DNA of 64,000 nt from Escherichia coli (lineage in GTDB: Bacteria > Pseudomonadota > Gammaproteobacteria > Enterobacterales > Enterobacteriaceae): assembly GCF_044324785.1 (NCBI RefSeq), contig NZ_CP172127.1; one strand, 5' to 3'. Shown piece by piece: positions 41,231 to 52,926 of the stretch. Both the position numbers and the translations under genes were made by a program. The notes beneath the pieces were generated by a model that saw only the letters and a program-made list of their open reading frames with translations, made no database searches and was not told where the DNA came from. Position 1 is the stretch's first letter. Each line of letters starts with the position of its first letter.

Positions 41231-41899
41231 ATGGTGAAATTGATGAAAAAAAACACAGATGATGGGGCTAAAATTTACACACCACTTACCCTAAAGCTTT
41301 ATGACTGGTGGGTTTTGGGAGTATCAAATCGGCTTGCATGGGGATGTCCTACAAAGGAACACCTTCTTCCACACTTTCTGGAACATTTAGGTAACAACCA
41401 TCTGGATATTGGTGTTGGAACTGGGTTTTACCTTACTCACGTACCTGAGAGTAGTCTGATATCTTTAATGGATTTGAACGAAGCTAGCCTGAACGCGGCA
41501 TCTACAAGGGCTGGGGAATCAAAAATTAAACATAAAATTAGCCATGATGTTTTTGAACCTTATCCCGCGGCGTTACATGGCCAATTTGATTCCATTTCCA
41601 TGTTTTACCTTCTTCACTGCCTGCCTGGAAATATATCTACAAAAAGCTGTGTAATACGCAATGCGGCGCAGGCCTTAACTGACGATGGAACTCTATACGG
41701 AGCCACAATTCTTGGCGATGGAGTTGTGCACAATAGCTTCGGTCAAAAACTGATGCGCATTTACAATCAGAAAGGCATCTTTTCAAACACAAAAGATTCC
41801 GAAGAAGGCTTAACACATATACTCTCAGAGCATTTCGAGAATGTTAAAACCAAGGTTCAAGGTACTGTAGTAATGTTTTCCGCTTCAGGGAAAAAATAG
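41231..41899 (+). CDS. Class I SAM-dependent methyltransferase (intact counterpart of the K-12 DLP12 ybcY pseudogene, by position)
   Basis: 222-aa ORF with glycine-rich SAM-binding motif DIGVGTGFY; ybcY assignment is from context only. Confidence 0.55.
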   Translation: MVKLMKKNTDDGAKIYTPLTLKLYDWWVLGVSNRLAWGCPTKEHLLPHFLEHLGNNHLDIGVGTGFYLTHVPESSLISLMDLNEASLNAASTRAGESKIKHKISHDVFEPYPAALHGQFDSISMFYLLHCLPGNISTKSCVIRNAAQALTDDGTLYGATILGDGVVHNSFGQKLMRIYNQKGIFSNTKDSEEGLTHILSEHFENVKTKVQGTVVMFSASGKK

Positions 41900-42403
41900 C
41901 ATCCAACCGCAGCACGTTCTTGCATACGCCGTGTCTGCGGTTTAATTTTCACTCTCAAATATTGTAGTTAAGTACAATCATGATTCTTTGGACTATATAA
42001 ATTTTCTTGTAATTAGTTCTTTAGCCGAAATTTTAAAACAATTATTTATTCAAGGGATGGACTCTATTAGGAACTATCTCAAAAACATGAATAACCACCA
42101 TCTTACGATTGAATTATTTTACAGAGTATTCTTATTGAGAAAAACAACAGCAGGTACACCAAATAATATAGAAATGTAAATTTAGGTTCATTAATCTTTT
42201 GAGTTACAACCTAAACTTTCCGTTAATCACTAAGATATCAATAGATTATACTCACTGAGCGCACGTTTTTTACAATTATTATTTCTCACATCAAAATGCG
42301 CATACCAATCTGTTATTTGACACTTTCTTATTTGTTACTAGAGTTAATTGGGTGCTGACAAGGCACATGTTATTTACAATTTGAAAATCAGAGGAGAAAT
42401 GAT

Positions 42404-42586
42404 ATGACCGAACATCGTGGCGGTGCAGGTAATTTCGCTGAAGATCGACAAAAAGCTTCTGACGCTGGTCGTAAAGGCGGCCAACATAGTGGCGGTAATT
42501 TTAAAAACGATCCACAAAGAGCATCAGAAGCAGGGAAAAAAGGTGGTCAGAATAGCCATGGTGGCGGCCGTAAATCTGACTCTTAA
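42404..42586 (+). CDS. KGG-repeat general stress protein (YciG/YmdF family)
   Basis: 60-aa ORF with repeated RKGGQ.SGGNF / KKGGQNSHGG motifs. Confidence 0.6.
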   Translation: MTEHRGGAGNFAEDRQKASDAGRKGGQHSGGNFKNDPQRASEAGKKGGQNSHGGGRKSDS

Positions 42587-42616
42587 TTTATTACCCCCTA
42601 CATTCGTGAATAACTG

Positions 42617-42638
42617 AAGCTAACTGCGAGCCTACGGG
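42617..42638 (+). promoter_or_regulatory. Intercistronic hairpin (CTGCGAGCC-TAC-GGGCTCGCAG) between the yciG-like and yciF-like genes
   Basis: Perfect 9-bp inverted repeat seen in sequence; no U-tract, so more likely an mRNA-stabilising or processing structure than a terminator. Confidence 0.4.
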
Positions 42639-42658
42639 CTCGCAGTGAAAACTCTGGA

Positions 42659-43165
42659 GTGATTATGCAAATTAAATCTGTTGAAGATATCTTCATCCAC
42701 TTATTATCGGATACATACAGCGCTGAGAAACAACTAACAAAGGCACTGTCTAAACTTAGTCGCTCTGCATATAGTGATAAATTAACCGCTGCTTTTCAGT
42801 CACATCTTGATGAGACACATGGTCAAATTGAACGCATCGATCAGGTTGTTGATTCTGAAGATGGTCTTAAATTGAAAAGAATTAAGTGTGCCGCAATGGA
42901 AGGACTTATCGAAGAGGCGAATGAGGTAATTGAAAGCACTGATAAAAATGAAGTACGTGATGCAGCATTGATTGCTGCAGCACAAAAAGTAGAGCACTAT
43001 GAAATTGCCAGTTATGGCACTTTGGTAACACTCGCTGAGCAATTAGGATATAAAAAAGCGGCTAAACTCCTGAAAGAAACACTGGAAGAGGAAAAAGCTA
43101 CTGATGTCAAATTAACAGATCTGGCATTTAATAACGTTAATAAAAAAGCTCAGGATAACTCCTGA
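42659..43165 (+). CDS. Ferritin-like DUF892 protein (YciF-like)
   Basis: 168-aa ORF containing SVEDIFIHLLSDTYSAEKQLTKAL, resembling YciF. Confidence 0.65.
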   Translation: MIMQIKSVEDIFIHLLSDTYSAEKQLTKALSKLSRSAYSDKLTAAFQSHLDETHGQIERIDQVVDSEDGLKLKRIKCAAMEGLIEEANEVIESTDKNEVRDAALIAAAQKVEHYEIASYGTLVTLAEQLGYKKAAKLLKETLEEEKATDVKLTDLAFNNVNKKAQDNS

Positions 43166-43201
43166 ACTATAGACTTCAATTTCTTTTAGGATAAACAGAT
43201 T

Positions 43202-43708
43202 ATGAATAGAATTGAACATTACCATGACTGGCTTCGTGATGCACATGCGATGGAGAAACAAGCTGAAAAAATGCTTGAGTCTATGGCCAGCCGGATAGAA
43301 AACTATCCAGAGTTACGTTCCAGAATTGAGCAGCACATTAGCGAAACAAAGAACCAGCTTTCACAGCTTGAAAGCATACTTGATCGTAATAATATTTCGC
43401 GCTCTGTCATTAAAGACTCTATGAGTCAAATGGCCGCGTTTGGGCAATCCATTGGTGGAATTTTTCCATCTGATGAAATTGTCAAAGGTTCGATCAGTGG
43501 CTATGTGTTCGAACAATTTGAAATTGCGTGTTACACATCTCTTCTCGCAGCAGCCAAAAATGCGGGTGATACAGCCTCAGTACCCATTATTGAAGCAATT
43601 CTTAATGAAGAAAAACAAATGGCTGAATGGCTTCTTAACCATATTCCTGACACCACTGAACAATTCATGGTCAGATCTGAAATTGATGGAGTTGAAGCCA
43701 AAAAATAA
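43202..43708 (+). CDS. Ferritin-like DUF892 protein (YciE-like)
   Basis: 168-aa ORF paralogous to the upstream gene (WLRDAHAMEKQAEKMLE...); same operon. Confidence 0.65.
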   Translation: MNRIEHYHDWLRDAHAMEKQAEKMLESMASRIENYPELRSRIEQHISETKNQLSQLESILDRNNISRSVIKDSMSQMAAFGQSIGGIFPSDEIVKGSISGYVFEQFEIACYTSLLAAAKNAGDTASVPIIEAILNEEKQMAEWLLNHIPDTTEQFMVRSEIDGVEAKK

Positions 43709-43726
43709 TTCTTTTGAGGAGGCATT

Positions 43727-44617
43727 ATGTTTAGACACGTGAAAAAACTTCAATATACAGTACGTGTAAGTGAGCCAAACCCAGGCTTGGCTAATCTACT
43801 TTTAGAACAATTCGGCGGGCCACAGGGTGAGCTTGCAGCAGCATGCCGATACTTCACTCAAGGCTTAAGTGATGAAGATGCAGGCCGAAGGGATATGCTG
43901 ATGGACATAGCAACAGAAGAACTAAGTCATCTCGAAATTATTGGTTCTCTTGTTGGTATGCTCAACAAAGGTGCAAAAGGAGCACTTGCTGAAGGAACTG
44001 AGAATGAAGCTGAGCTTTACCGTTCCTTAACTCAAAATGGCAATGACAGCCATATAACTTCTCTCCTCTACGGAGGAGGCCCAGCATTAACTAATTCAGC
44101 TGGAGTACCCTGGACTGCAGCTTATGTTGATACTATTGGCGAAGTCACGGCCGATCTTCGTTCAAATATTGCAGCTGAAGCTCGGGCAAAGATCATTTAC
44201 GAACGTCTCATTAATGTTACTGATGATCCTGGAGTAAAAGACACTCTGGCATTTTTAATGACCAGGGAAGCAGCACACATGCTTTCATTTGAAAAAGCAT
44301 TACATTCAATTCGTAACACCTTTCCACCAGGGAAATTACCACCAATTGAGAAATACAAAAACGTATATTACAACATGTCAGAAGGTGAAGACGTCAGAGG
44401 TAGTTGGAACAGTGATGAAAACTTTGACTATGTTTCCGATCCAGTTCCAGCGGTTGACGGTGGGGATGGGAAGGCCTCGATAAATCTTTCGACCAAGCAA
44501 GAAGCTATGATAAAAGCTATGGCAACAAGGTTGAAATCCCATGAAGACATCAATCCTGTCACTGGCGCTGAGCTTGCTGAAGGAGAACCACAAACAAAGA
44601 TAAATAGTAAAAACTAA
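43727..44617 (+). CDS. Non-haem manganese catalase (KatN-like)
   Basis: 296-aa ORF with Mn-catalase-like segments (EELSHLEIIG, ARAKIIYERLI, REAAHMLSFEKAL); operon structure mirrors Salmonella yciGFE-katN. Confidence 0.65.
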   Translation: MFRHVKKLQYTVRVSEPNPGLANLLLEQFGGPQGELAAACRYFTQGLSDEDAGRRDMLMDIATEELSHLEIIGSLVGMLNKGAKGALAEGTENEAELYRSLTQNGNDSHITSLLYGGGPALTNSAGVPWTAAYVDTIGEVTADLRSNIAAEARAKIIYERLINVTDDPGVKDTLAFLMTREAAHMLSFEKALHSIRNTFPPGKLPPIEKYKNVYYNMSEGEDVRGSWNSDENFDYVSDPVPAVDGGDGKASINLSTKQEAMIKAMATRLKSHEDINPVTGAELAEGEPQTKINSKN

Positions 44618-44707
44618 TTATCTTCTGGTATTTAGCTATCCCTCATAAGTTAATTGCCGCTGAGATATCCTAAGCTCTAGCCTCTGAAAATACATTTATA
44701 TTTCGAA

Positions 44708-44736
44708 GCCCGCGATATTTTAAGCGGGCTTTTATT
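44708..44736. terminator. Rho-independent terminator (GCCCGC-loop-GCGGGC + TTTTATTTT) between the convergent catalase operon and tfa
   Basis: Hairpin plus U-tract on the + strand after the catalase stop; sits 1 nt from the tfa stop on the other strand. Confidence 0.6.
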
Positions 44737-45318
44737 TTAAACTTCTGGTATTACAGGCCACTCAATATCAGGTGCAGTTGATGTATCAACACGGTTCAGC
44801 AACACCCGATACTTCTTCCAGGCTTCCAGCAACGAGTTTTCTTCCTCCGTTGCGATCTCCAGATCTACAGCATCCTGAAGTGGCGCAATATGCTCACTGG
44901 CTACCTGCATCAGGCTGTTTTTTGTTTCTTCCACCTCCCGGATCCGGAACAGTTTTTCTGCTTCTGCATCTTTCACCCAGGCTGTGCCGTTCCACTTCTG
45001 AAACTCCCCTTCCGGCGATAACCAGGTAACATTTTCCGGTAACGGACCGAGTTCAGAAATAAATAACGCGTCCCCTGACGCTACGTCATAAACCGTTTTA
45101 CCCCGATGATCTTCAACGAGATGCCACGATGCCTCATCACTGTTGAAAACAGCCACGAAGCCTGCCGGAATATCTGGCGGTGCAATATCGGTACTGTTTG
45201 CTGGCAGACCTGTATGAGGCGGAATATATGCATCACCTTCACCAATAAATTCATTAGTTCCGGCCAGCAGATTATAAATTTTTATGGTCCGTGGTTGTTC
45301 ACTCATTCTGAATGCCAT
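44737..45318 (-). CDS. tfa: Tail fibre assembly protein Tfa (lambda-type)
   Basis: 193-aa [37 protein letters not shown]..., recognised as lambda Tfa; downstream of stf. Confidence 0.85.
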   Translation of the reverse strand: MAFRMSEQPRTIKIYNLLAGTNEFIGEGDAYIPPHTGLPANSTDIAPPDIPAGFVAVFNSDEASWHLVEDHRGKTVYDVASGDALFISELGPLPENVTWLSPEGEFQKWNGTAWVKDAEAEKLFRIREVEETKNSLMQVASEHIAPLQDAVDLEIATEEENSLLEAWKKYRVLLNRVDTSTAPDIEWPVIPEV

Positions 45319-48300
45319 TATGCAAGCCTCACAATATAGTTAAATGCGATGTTTTTGACGGTGTTTTCCGCGTTACCAGCAGCGTTAACGGTGATGGTGT
45401 GTCCATGTGAACCAATTGCAACGGAGTGCGTGTGTGCACCAATACCGACAGTATGTGCATGTGCGCCTGCGCTTGCAGCAGTGCCGGACAGCGAGTGGGT
45501 ATGAGCACCATCTGATGATGTCTTCCCTGCATTACGAGTCTGGCCACTACCGCTTGTTGTGCTCATAATCCCCGCGCTTAGATTTGAAATCGCGGTATAA
45601 CCATTAGGGAAAATGCTCGTGTTCGTGCCACCAAATGCACCGGAACTCTTGTGTTGGTGCGCACCGGCACTATTTGCAGTCCCGCTAATACTATGGGTAT
45701 GCGCCCCGGTGTTATTCGTGGATTTGGTTCCGTAATCAAACGACGATGTGTTTTTCGTCCCCAAATCCGTACTGGATGCGCTGGCGCTGTGGGTGTGCGA
45801 TTTAATGCCGTCCTGTTCCTGAGACAATACGGCCCGACCACTGGCAGGTTTGCCCTTAATCGTCCAGCCACGCATATCAGGGATCACGCCTGACGGATAA
45901 GCGGCTGCAAGTTTCGGGTAAGCAGATTTGTCAAAAGTCTGCCCCTGCATCAGGGCATAACCAGACGGAACGGTATCTGATGGCCACGGGATTGGTGCGC
46001 CGACTGGGTAGCTTTCTGGTGGAAGATTTTTCGAGGTATAAACTTCTGCCCAGTCTTCCTCAAAACCATAACCGTCTCTTGAAGAACGGTAGAACAGACC
46101 ACCATTTCTGTAATGCGCCTTCATCTGCAAGGTCCGGCAACTTCCGACTCCGGTATAGAAGTTAACCAGAATATAGCTGTCGCCAGAGCGGGTGACATTG
46201 TAAGCGCCTGATTCGGCATTCCAGGGAACGCCACCATCCGCATCGGCATATGTATCCGTTGCCCTTCTGGCAAAAGCAGCCACATGCGCGGCGGTTAAAG
46301 TAATATCTTTGGAACCATCAAACTCAACACCAGAAACCAGTCTTGGCGTTTGTAGCTTTGTTGCTGTTAATGCATTACCGTTCAGACTTGCGGACAGTTT
46401 GGTTCCAATAACCAGTTCGCCGGTTGCGTTATCAATAGCAAACGGTCTTAATGTATTCCAGCCACCATAAACATCACCTTGATTGGTAAGCAGCAGGTAA
46501 GTTTTAGCGCCATCATTACGCCATAATGCACCATACTCCCCACCTATCATTCGAATCTGATTACCACCACGCGCTACAATTTCGTCTGTGGCAAAAAGTT
46601 TTTTGCACGACAAGTTATCGTTAACGATTAACGAATGAGACTCATAAAAACCACGCCCACTCTTAAAATCAAGGATAACGTCCGCCGCGATACATTCAGT
46701 CGCTGGATTTGTTGCCCCAAACTTATAGGTCGTATCATTAACAATGAGATCAGCACCAGGTGCGGATATTGACAGGCCATCTTCGATAAACGCAAAAACA
46801 GGGAAAGCAGCGCCATCAACATAGAACACAGAGCGCAAATCATCGCCCTTATTACTCATCATTATTGAGTGGATGGCTCGTTCATTGTTTTGATATTGCC
46901 AGAACATTCCATAAGCATAACGCCCCCTGTAAGTCCAGCCACCAGGCATAACAAATCCGTTAAACTCGCAGTTATTCATCGGATCGCCTGCGGTTCGCGT
47001 TGCCGTGGTGATAATGACCCTTGATGCCAGTTCGCTTACTGAGCCAGCAGAACGCATAACAACAACAGGGTAATATTTTCCAGATGTTGCACCTGCAGGA
47101 GCGTTAACCAGCACATAACGCATACCACGCTTATCAGCAAAGTCTGTTTTACTGACCGCGTTAATGTTGTTCAGGAAGCGTCCCTTATCGGGTATATCAG
47201 CGCCGTTCTGGTCTTTCTGCAGACGTTTCTCTGCATTGTCATAGGCTGATTTTACTGCCTTTGGCGTTGCCGCCAGCGTTTCAGACGTACTGTTGGTCGC
47301 ACTGCTGAGCTGTACTATCCCCTTTTTCGTCGTGCTCGCATCCTCAAGCGCCACGGCGGATGCAATATCCTCTGCCCGTTTTGCCGCTGTCTCGGCGCGC
47401 GTTGCCGCGGATTCCGCCGTACTTTTGCTCTGTGCTGCCGCCGTCGCACTGCCAGCTGCCTCTGTCGCCTTCGTGGATGCTGTCGTGGCGCTGCCCTTCG
47501 CTGCGGACGCTTGTCTGGTCGCCTCATCTTTTGAAGCAGACGCCGATGATGCCGATGACGCCGCCGAACTGGCGGACGATGCGGCAGCCGTTTTTGAGGA
47601 TTCTGCGCTGGTTTCCGACGCTTTCGCGTTCGTCTCGGATGTCTTCGCTGCGGATGCAGACCTCTCTGCTACCGCAGCCTGTTCAGTGGCTTCGCCAGCC
47701 TTCGTTGTGGCTGCTGAGGCGGCCGATGCTGCGCTTTCTGCCGATTTCCCGGCGGTGGTGGCACTGGCTGCGGCCTCCTCCGCTTTGGCTGACGCCTCTC
47801 GGGCTGATGATGCAGCGGTAGTTTCTGAACCTGCCGCAGCTGAGGCGCTCTGTTCCGCTGCCGTTTCAGAAGACCTGGCGTTTGTCTCGGACGTTTTTGC
47901 CGCCTTCGCAGAATTTGCTGCCGCCGTTGCCGAGGAAGCTGCACTACCGGCGCTTGATAATGCGTTCGTTTCTGATGATTTTGCCGCCTCTTTTGAAGCC
48001 GCCGCATCCCTGGCTGAGGTGGTAGCTTCTGACGCCTTTGTGGTCGCGGTGGATGCAGAAGTGGCTGCTAATTGTTGTGACGCTGCCGCATTCGTTTCTG
48101 ACGTTTTCGCCGCACCGGCACTGGTAGCCGCCGCGCTTTTTGAGGACTCTGCAGCGGCAGCACTTTTTGATGCCTCAGAGGCTTTTGCTGATGCCGTTCC
48201 TGCGCTGGAAAAAGCCTCCTGAGCCGACGTCGCGGCCTGTCCGGCTGACGTGCTGGCTGCGCGTGCTGAGTCTGCAGCATCAGTCGCATGGGTTGCCGCC

Positions 48301-48725
48301 TCACGGGCAGATGTGCTGGCATCGCTGGCTGACTTCTTCGCGGCTGCCGTGTTCTGTGCCACTGCGGACGCGTTACGCGCCACCTCTTCCACCATCAGTT
48401 CAAAACGGCGCAGTGCCTCCGGACGGGCATCCTCCTCCGTCATGGCACCGAGAAAATCATTCAGCGTACCGGGTTGAGAATCTTCATACACGGTGATGGT
48501 CCCGGCATGTGACGGCGGGAAGCCTTCCACCAACAGAATAACGCTGTACTGACCGTACTCAACGTCCATGCTGTAACGCCCGGCTTCATCCGGATTTTCT
48601 GAGGCCAGTGTGTTCACCACCACCGTGGTGCTGTTACGTTTTGCTTTCAGCTGGATTGTGCAGTTCTGTACCGGTTTTCCTGTGCCGTCTTTCAGTACAC
48701 CTGAAATCTTTACTGCCATATTCAC
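45318..48725 (-). CDS. stf: Side tail fibre protein Stf (lambda-type) with long Ala/Ser/Thr-rich repeat region
   Basis: 1135-aa ORF; N-terminus [30 protein letters not shown] matches lambda Stf; ~370 residues of tail-fibre repeats; conserved C-terminal region. Confidence 0.85.
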   Translation of the reverse strand: MNMAVKISGVLKDGTGKPVQNCTIQLKAKRNSTTVVVNTLASENPDEAGRYSMDVEYGQYSVILLVEGFPPSHAGTITVYEDSQPGTLNDFLGAMTEEDARPEALRRFELMVEEVARNASAVAQNTAAAKKSASDASTSAREAATHATDAADSARAASTSAGQAATSAQEAFSSAGTASAKASEASKSAAAAESSKSAAATSAGAAKTSETNAAASQQLAATSASTATTKASEATTSARDAAASKEAAKSSETNALSSAGSAASSATAAANSAKAAKTSETNARSSETAAEQSASAAAGSETTAASSAREASAKAEEAAASATTAGKSAESAASAASAATTKAGEATEQAAVAERSASAAKTSETNAKASETSAESSKTAAASSASSAASSASSASASKDEATRQASAAKGSATTASTKATEAAGSATAAAQSKSTAESAATRAETAAKRAEDIASAVALEDASTTKKGIVQLSSATNSTSETLAATPKAVKSAYDNAEKRLQKDQNGADIPDKGRFLNNINAVSKTDFADKRGMRYVLVNAPAGATSGKYYPVVVMRSAGSVSELASRVIITTATRTAGDPMNNCEFNGFVMPGGWTYRGRYAYGMFWQYQNNERAIHSIMMSNKGDDLRSVFYVDGAAFPVFAFIEDGLSISAPGADLIVNDTTYKFGATNPATECIAADVILDFKSGRGFYESHSLIVNDNLSCKKLFATDEIVARGGNQIRMIGGEYGALWRNDGAKTYLLLTNQGDVYGGWNTLRPFAIDNATGELVIGTKLSASLNGNALTATKLQTPRLVSGVEFDGSKDITLTAAHVAAFARRATDTYADADGGVPWNAESGAYNVTRSGDSYILVNFYTGVGSCRTLQMKAHYRNGGLFYRSSRDGYGFEEDWAEVYTSKNLPPESYPVGAPIPWPSDTVPSGYALMQGQTFDKSAYPKLAAAYPSGVIPDMRGWTIKGKPASGRAVLSQEQDGIKSHTHSASASSTDLGTKNTSSFDYGTKSTNNTGAHTHSISGTANSAGAHQHKSSGAFGGTNTSIFPNGYTAISNLSAGIMSTTSGSGQTRNAGKTSSDGAHTHSLSGTAASAGAHAHTVGIGAHTHSVAIGSHGHTITVNAAGNAENTVKNIAFNYIVRLA
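47285..48395 (-). repeat. Low-complexity tail-fibre repeat array within stf
   Basis: Encoded protein is almost entirely A/S/T/E/K repeats; the GC-rich repeats generate long spurious antisense ORFs (e.g. 47293..48222 +). Confidence 0.7.
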
Positions 48726-48727
48726 CC

Positions 48728-48760
48728 CACAAAAAAGCCCGCCAGAACCGGCGGGCTGTC
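48728..48760 (-). terminator. Rho-independent terminator downstream of lom (minus strand)
   Basis: Minus strand reads GCCCGCCGGTTCTGGCGGGC followed by TTTTTTGTGGGG. Confidence 0.6.
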
Positions 48761-48783
48761 ATAACACTGTGTTACCTGGCTAA

Positions 48784-49383
48784 TCAGAACTTATAACCGA
48801 CGCCCACGATGAAACCGGCAGTGCGCCAGTCGCCACTGCCGGAGCCTTCATAAGCAATATCAATAGCCACGGATTCGGTCGGGTTAAACTGCACGCCAGC
48901 TCCCCACGCCAGAGAGGTGTTACTGTGGCGAGCGTCATCACTTCCGGTCAGCACGTCGTGCGTTTTTCCCTTGTTGTCAGTTACGCGGAGATAATCCCCG
49001 GAAAAAGTCGACACACGGCTGTAAGCCACGCCTGCCATCGCATACGCGCTGAACCATTCATTCACGCGTACAGACGGCCCCGCCATCACGCTGAACCAGC
49101 GGTTACGAACGGAATCTTCATGCCAGCGGGTATCGCTGTAATGGGTCAGCTGGCGATTCTTGTCTCCTGCATAGCTGAAAGACGTCACCATCCCCAGTGT
49201 GTCCGTAAACTCATAACGGTATTTCACGTTAATCCCGTTCAGATCATCGCTGCCGGGAACGTTCGTCGAGACATGAAGATACCCTGCGCTCAGCGTGGAC
49301 TGATGTTCAGACGCCCATGCAGGCGCACCGGATACGGCCAGACAAATGGCTGCGGACAAAATGGCGGCATAAAGTTTACGCAT
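48784..49383 (-). CDS. lom: Outer-membrane protein Lom (Ail/Lom family)
   Basis: 199-aa ORF with signal peptide and beta-barrel pattern, ends with terminal F; position between J and stf as in lambda. Confidence 0.85.
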   Translation of the reverse strand: MRKLYAAILSAAICLAVSGAPAWASEHQSTLSAGYLHVSTNVPGSDDLNGINVKYRYEFTDTLGMVTSFSYAGDKNRQLTHYSDTRWHEDSVRNRWFSVMAGPSVRVNEWFSAYAMAGVAYSRVSTFSGDYLRVTDNKGKTHDVLTGSDDARHSNTSLAWGAGVQFNPTESVAIDIAYEGSGSGDWRTAGFIVGVGYKF

Positions 49384-49407
49384 AATTACCTCTCGCTTTT
49401 CTGCAAT

Positions 49408-49435
49408 AAAAAAGGCACCATTTCTGGTGCCCTTA
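49408..49435 (-). terminator. Hairpin + U-tract downstream of J (minus strand)
   Basis: Minus strand reads GGCACCAGAAATGGTGCC followed by TTTTTTATT. Confidence 0.5.
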
Positions 49436-49452
49436 TATGTGTTATAACAATT

Positions 49453-52400
49453 TCAACGAATACTGATGCCGGAAGCGGCTTTTTTGGTCACAATCACCGT
49501 ACAGTCGGTGATATTACCTGCCCACTGATTGCCTTTATGGAAAACCTTAAACTCCAGAGTGACGCTTCCCCTGCCACTAGGCATATCAATAACCGCACTG
49601 TAGCTACCGGGAATGGCCCCTTTAGTTTCTCTGGATGCGATTAATACACCGTTTTTGCGAACTTCAAAACCATAACCCGTGTATCTTGTACCTCCCGGGT
49701 TATTACCACTTCCCGGATCGCTATACGCTATTCCGTTAAAGATAATGGGCGGAATAATGATTTGACGGTCAAAGTTATGATCATCGCTGATGGTGACTGT
49801 AACCGTCCCGTTTGGTGTTTCCGTGTTACCCCACGTACCAGCCTGTTTCGGAAATGATTTGGATACAGCTTTAACGAAGTCACCTCTGACCTGAGTCGCC
49901 TCCAGCATGCCCTTAATCGTACAGTTCTGGTTAATCGTGACATTGTTGAGCGTTCCTGAGTTCGCATTCACACTACCACTGATATCCGCATTTTTAGCGG
50001 TCAGCTTTCCGTCTGATGTCAGGGAAAATACCGGAGGACTGCCACCGCTGGTAATGGTGGGGGCTGTCAGGCGCTTCAGGAACACGTCGTTCATGAATAT
50101 CTGGTTGCCCTGCGCCACAAACATCGGCGTTTCATTCCCGTTTGCCGGGTCAATAAACGCGATACGGTTAGCGGCAACCAGAAACTGGCTCAGCTTGCCT
50201 TCCTCCGTGTCCTCCATGCTGAGGCCAATACCCGCGACATAATGTTTGCCGTCTTTGGTCTGCTCAATTTTGACGCCCCACATGGCATTCCATTTATCGT
50301 TAGCGTCCTTCCACTCTTTCGAAAACTCATCCAGTCTGCTGGCGTTATCCTCCGTCAGATCAACTTTTTCCAGCAGCGCTTTACCGAGATGGGATTCGGT
50401 TATCTTGCCTTTGAAAAAATCCAGGTAACCTTCCGCATCATCGCTCGCCCGACCGACGGCCTCCACGAATGCCGATTTGCCAACGGTGTTCACACTGCGG
50501 ATATAAAAGTAATAATCATGGCCCGGTTTGATATTGATACTGGCGGCTATCCAGTACAGCGCCGTACCAAGATAGCGGGCTGTGGTTTCAACCTGCCTGA
50601 TATCGGTAATCCGCTTTTCCGAGAACCAGAACTCAAACTGTACCGTCGGGTCATAAACGGCAAGATGCGGCGTGGCGGTTATCTGAAAATAGCCCGGCGT
50701 CAGCTCAATCCTCGACGGTGCTGCCGGTGCGGCAATCCGGAACGATACCGACGCCGGATCGCCCTGCTGCCCCCACGCATTTACCGCCCGGACTGTCAGC
50801 CTGTAGTTCCCCAGCGCCAGTTGCGTGAAGCGGTATGTGGTTTCCGTCGTCCGGGCCGTGCTGACCAGCCGCTCACTGCCGTCATCCGCTGTTACGGTCA
50901 GACGGAGCAGGAAGCTCACGCCCTTCACCACCTTCGGCGTGTCCCAGCGCGCCAGCACCTGATATTCCCCGCTGTCTGCGGTGACTTCGGCGGTCAGGTG
51001 CTGCACCGCTGGCGGCGTGACACCATTCACCGTGCCGCTCTGGTCGCCGTCAAAGTGCGCCCCGTTATCCACGATGGCTTCTTTTTCCGGTACATGCTGC
51101 ACGGCAGTGATGGCATACGTGCCGTCATCGTTCTCACGGATACTCACACAGCGGAACAGGCGCTGACGCAACGTCGGCAACTTCAGCCCCCACACACTGT
51201 ATTCTGCAACGCCGTCAGGAACCCGGTTCACTTTCACCTTAAGTCCGTCGGTGACGGACTGAACCTCCACGCTGACCGGATTACCACTTCCGTCAACCAG
51301 GCTTATCAGCGTGGTACCGGAGGATGGCAGCGTGATTTCACGGTCGAGCGTCAGCGTCCGGGTCTGGCTGTTCACCGCCAGCACGCGACCACCGGTGCTG
51401 ATACCGGCATAGTCATCATCGCAGATTTCAATGACATCGCCCGGTACATGGCGAAGCCCTTCAGCACCCACGCTGAAATCCACGGTCTGCGTCTCCAGCA
51501 GTTCCGTTTTAATCAGCCACAGCCCGGCGCGGTGTGCCTGCCCCCGGCTGGTACAGCCAAAGGCATCCATCTTCGTGACATTACGACCGTAACGGGCAAT
51601 GGCCTGCGTATCTTCAACAAGCTCTGTCGCCGTCTCCCAGCCGTTGTTCGGGTCAATCCAGTTCACCTCAACGGCATTATGGCGGTCCTTCAGGGCGCTG
51701 AAGCTGTAGCGGAACGGCGCGCCATCATCCGGCATCACCACATTACTGCGGTTATAGGTCCACACCTTATCTGATGGTCGGTCCTGCACGAACGTCAGCG
51801 TCTGCCCGTTCCATACCGGCATACAGCGCATCGCCGAGCAGAAATCACTGAGCACATCCCACGCCTTACGCTGCGTGGTCAGGTAGGCATTACAGGTGAT
51901 GCGCGGCTCCGTGCCGCCAAAACCGTCCGGCACTGACTGGTCGCAGTACTGGCCGATGACATACAGCGCCCATTTATCCACATCCGCCGCACCAAGACGT
52001 TTCCCCATGCCGTAGCGCGGGTGGGTCAGCATATCCCACAGACACCAGGCCGGGTTGTTGCTGTATGCCGGCTTAAACGTTCCGTCACAGATACCGCTGT
52101 ATTGCCGCGTCTGCGGGTTATAGTTCGACGGCACCTGCAGAATGCGCCCGCGAAGATGATAATTACGGCTCACCTGCTGGCTGCCGAACTGCTCCGAGTC
52201 CACCTGCACGCCGACCAGTGCCGTGTTCGGGTAGCACTGTTTCACATCGATGATTTCGGTGTATGACGACCAGAGCGTTTTGTTCTGCAGCTGGTCTGTG
52301 GTGCTGTCCGGCGTCATCCTGCGCATCCGGATATTAAACGGGCGCGGCGGCAGGCTACCCACCACCACCGAGGCCAGATACTGCGAGGTGGTTTTGCCCT

Positions 52401-52866
52401 TAATGGTGATGTCTTTTTCCGTCACCCAGCCACCGTTACGTTGTATCTGAACCAGCAGACGGACTTCCGACGGATTCCTGTCACCCTTTGAGGTGGTTTC
52501 CACCAGTGCCTGTACACCGAAGGTAAAGCGCAGACGGTCGATGTTTGCAGACGTAATGGTGCGGGTGATCGGCGTGTCATATTTCACTTCCGTACCCAGC
52601 ACCGTCTCGGAGCCGGAGGATTCAAACCCCTCCGGCGGTGTCTGCTCCTGCTCACCGGCACGGAACACCACCGTGACACCGGAGATGTTGGTATTCCCCT
52701 CAGTGTCCAGCACCGGCGTACTGTTCAGCAGCACGCTTTTTAATCCATCCACCGGACCTTCAACCGGCCCTTCGCTGATGGCATCGATCACACTCAGCAA
52801 CTGCGTGGACTTCAGGTTGTCCTTCGCTTCGCGCGGGGTATGCCCCTTACTGCTTCCTTTACCCAT
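49453..52866 (-). CDS. J: Tail tip host-specificity protein J (central tail fibre)
   Basis: 1137-aa [40 protein letters not shown]..., recognised as lambda gpJ. Confidence 0.9.
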   Translation of the reverse strand: MGKGSSKGHTPREAKDNLKSTQLLSVIDAISEGPVEGPVDGLKSVLLNSTPVLDTEGNTNISGVTVVFRAGEQEQTPPEGFESSGSETVLGTEVKYDTPITRTITSANIDRLRFTFGVQALVETTSKGDRNPSEVRLLVQIQRNGGWVTEKDITIKGKTTSQYLASVVVGSLPPRPFNIRMRRMTPDSTTDQLQNKTLWSSYTEIIDVKQCYPNTALVGVQVDSEQFGSQQVSRNYHLRGRILQVPSNYNPQTRQYSGICDGTFKPAYSNNPAWCLWDMLTHPRYGMGKRLGAADVDKWALYVIGQYCDQSVPDGFGGTEPRITCNAYLTTQRKAWDVLSDFCSAMRCMPVWNGQTLTFVQDRPSDKVWTYNRSNVVMPDDGAPFRYSFSALKDRHNAVEVNWIDPNNGWETATELVEDTQAIARYGRNVTKMDAFGCTSRGQAHRAGLWLIKTELLETQTVDFSVGAEGLRHVPGDVIEICDDDYAGISTGGRVLAVNSQTRTLTLDREITLPSSGTTLISLVDGSGNPVSVEVQSVTDGLKVKVNRVPDGVAEYSVWGLKLPTLRQRLFRCVSIRENDDGTYAITAVQHVPEKEAIVDNGAHFDGDQSGTVNGVTPPAVQHLTAEVTADSGEYQVLARWDTPKVVKGVSFLLRLTVTADDGSERLVSTARTTETTYRFTQLALGNYRLTVRAVNAWGQQGDPASVSFRIAAPAAPSRIELTPGYFQITATPHLAVYDPTVQFEFWFSEKRITDIRQVETTARYLGTALYWIAASINIKPGHDYYFYIRSVNTVGKSAFVEAVGRASDDAEGYLDFFKGKITESHLGKALLEKVDLTEDNASRLDEFSKEWKDANDKWNAMWGVKIEQTKDGKHYVAGIGLSMEDTEEGKLSQFLVAANRIAFIDPANGNETPMFVAQGNQIFMNDVFLKRLTAPTITSGGSPPVFSLTSDGKLTAKNADISGSVNANSGTLNNVTINQNCTIKGMLEATQVRGDFVKAVSKSFPKQAGTWGNTETPNGTVTVTISDDHNFDRQIIIPPIIFNGIAYSDPGSGNNPGGTRYTGYGFEVRKNGVLIASRETKGAIPGSYSAVIDMPSGRGSVTLEFKVFHKGNQWAGNITDCTVIVTKKAASGISIR

Positions 52867-52926
52867 TCCTCACGCTCCATAAATGACAAAACCGCCCGCA
52901 GGCGGTTTCACATAAAACATTTTGCA

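Noticed and set aside
41988-42179. 63-aa ORF in the AT-rich spacer between the methyltransferase and the yciG-like gene
   Set aside because: Very AT-rich, no RBS, low-complexity translation; more likely promoter/regulatory DNA of the stress operon
47293-48496. Plus-strand ORFs of 118-309 aa, Ala/Asp/Ser-rich
   Set aside because: Antisense to the stf tail-fibre repeat region; a by-product of the GC-rich repeats
50242-51774. 510-aa + strand ORF
   Set aside because: Antisense to the lambda-type J gene, which is confidently identified on the minus strand
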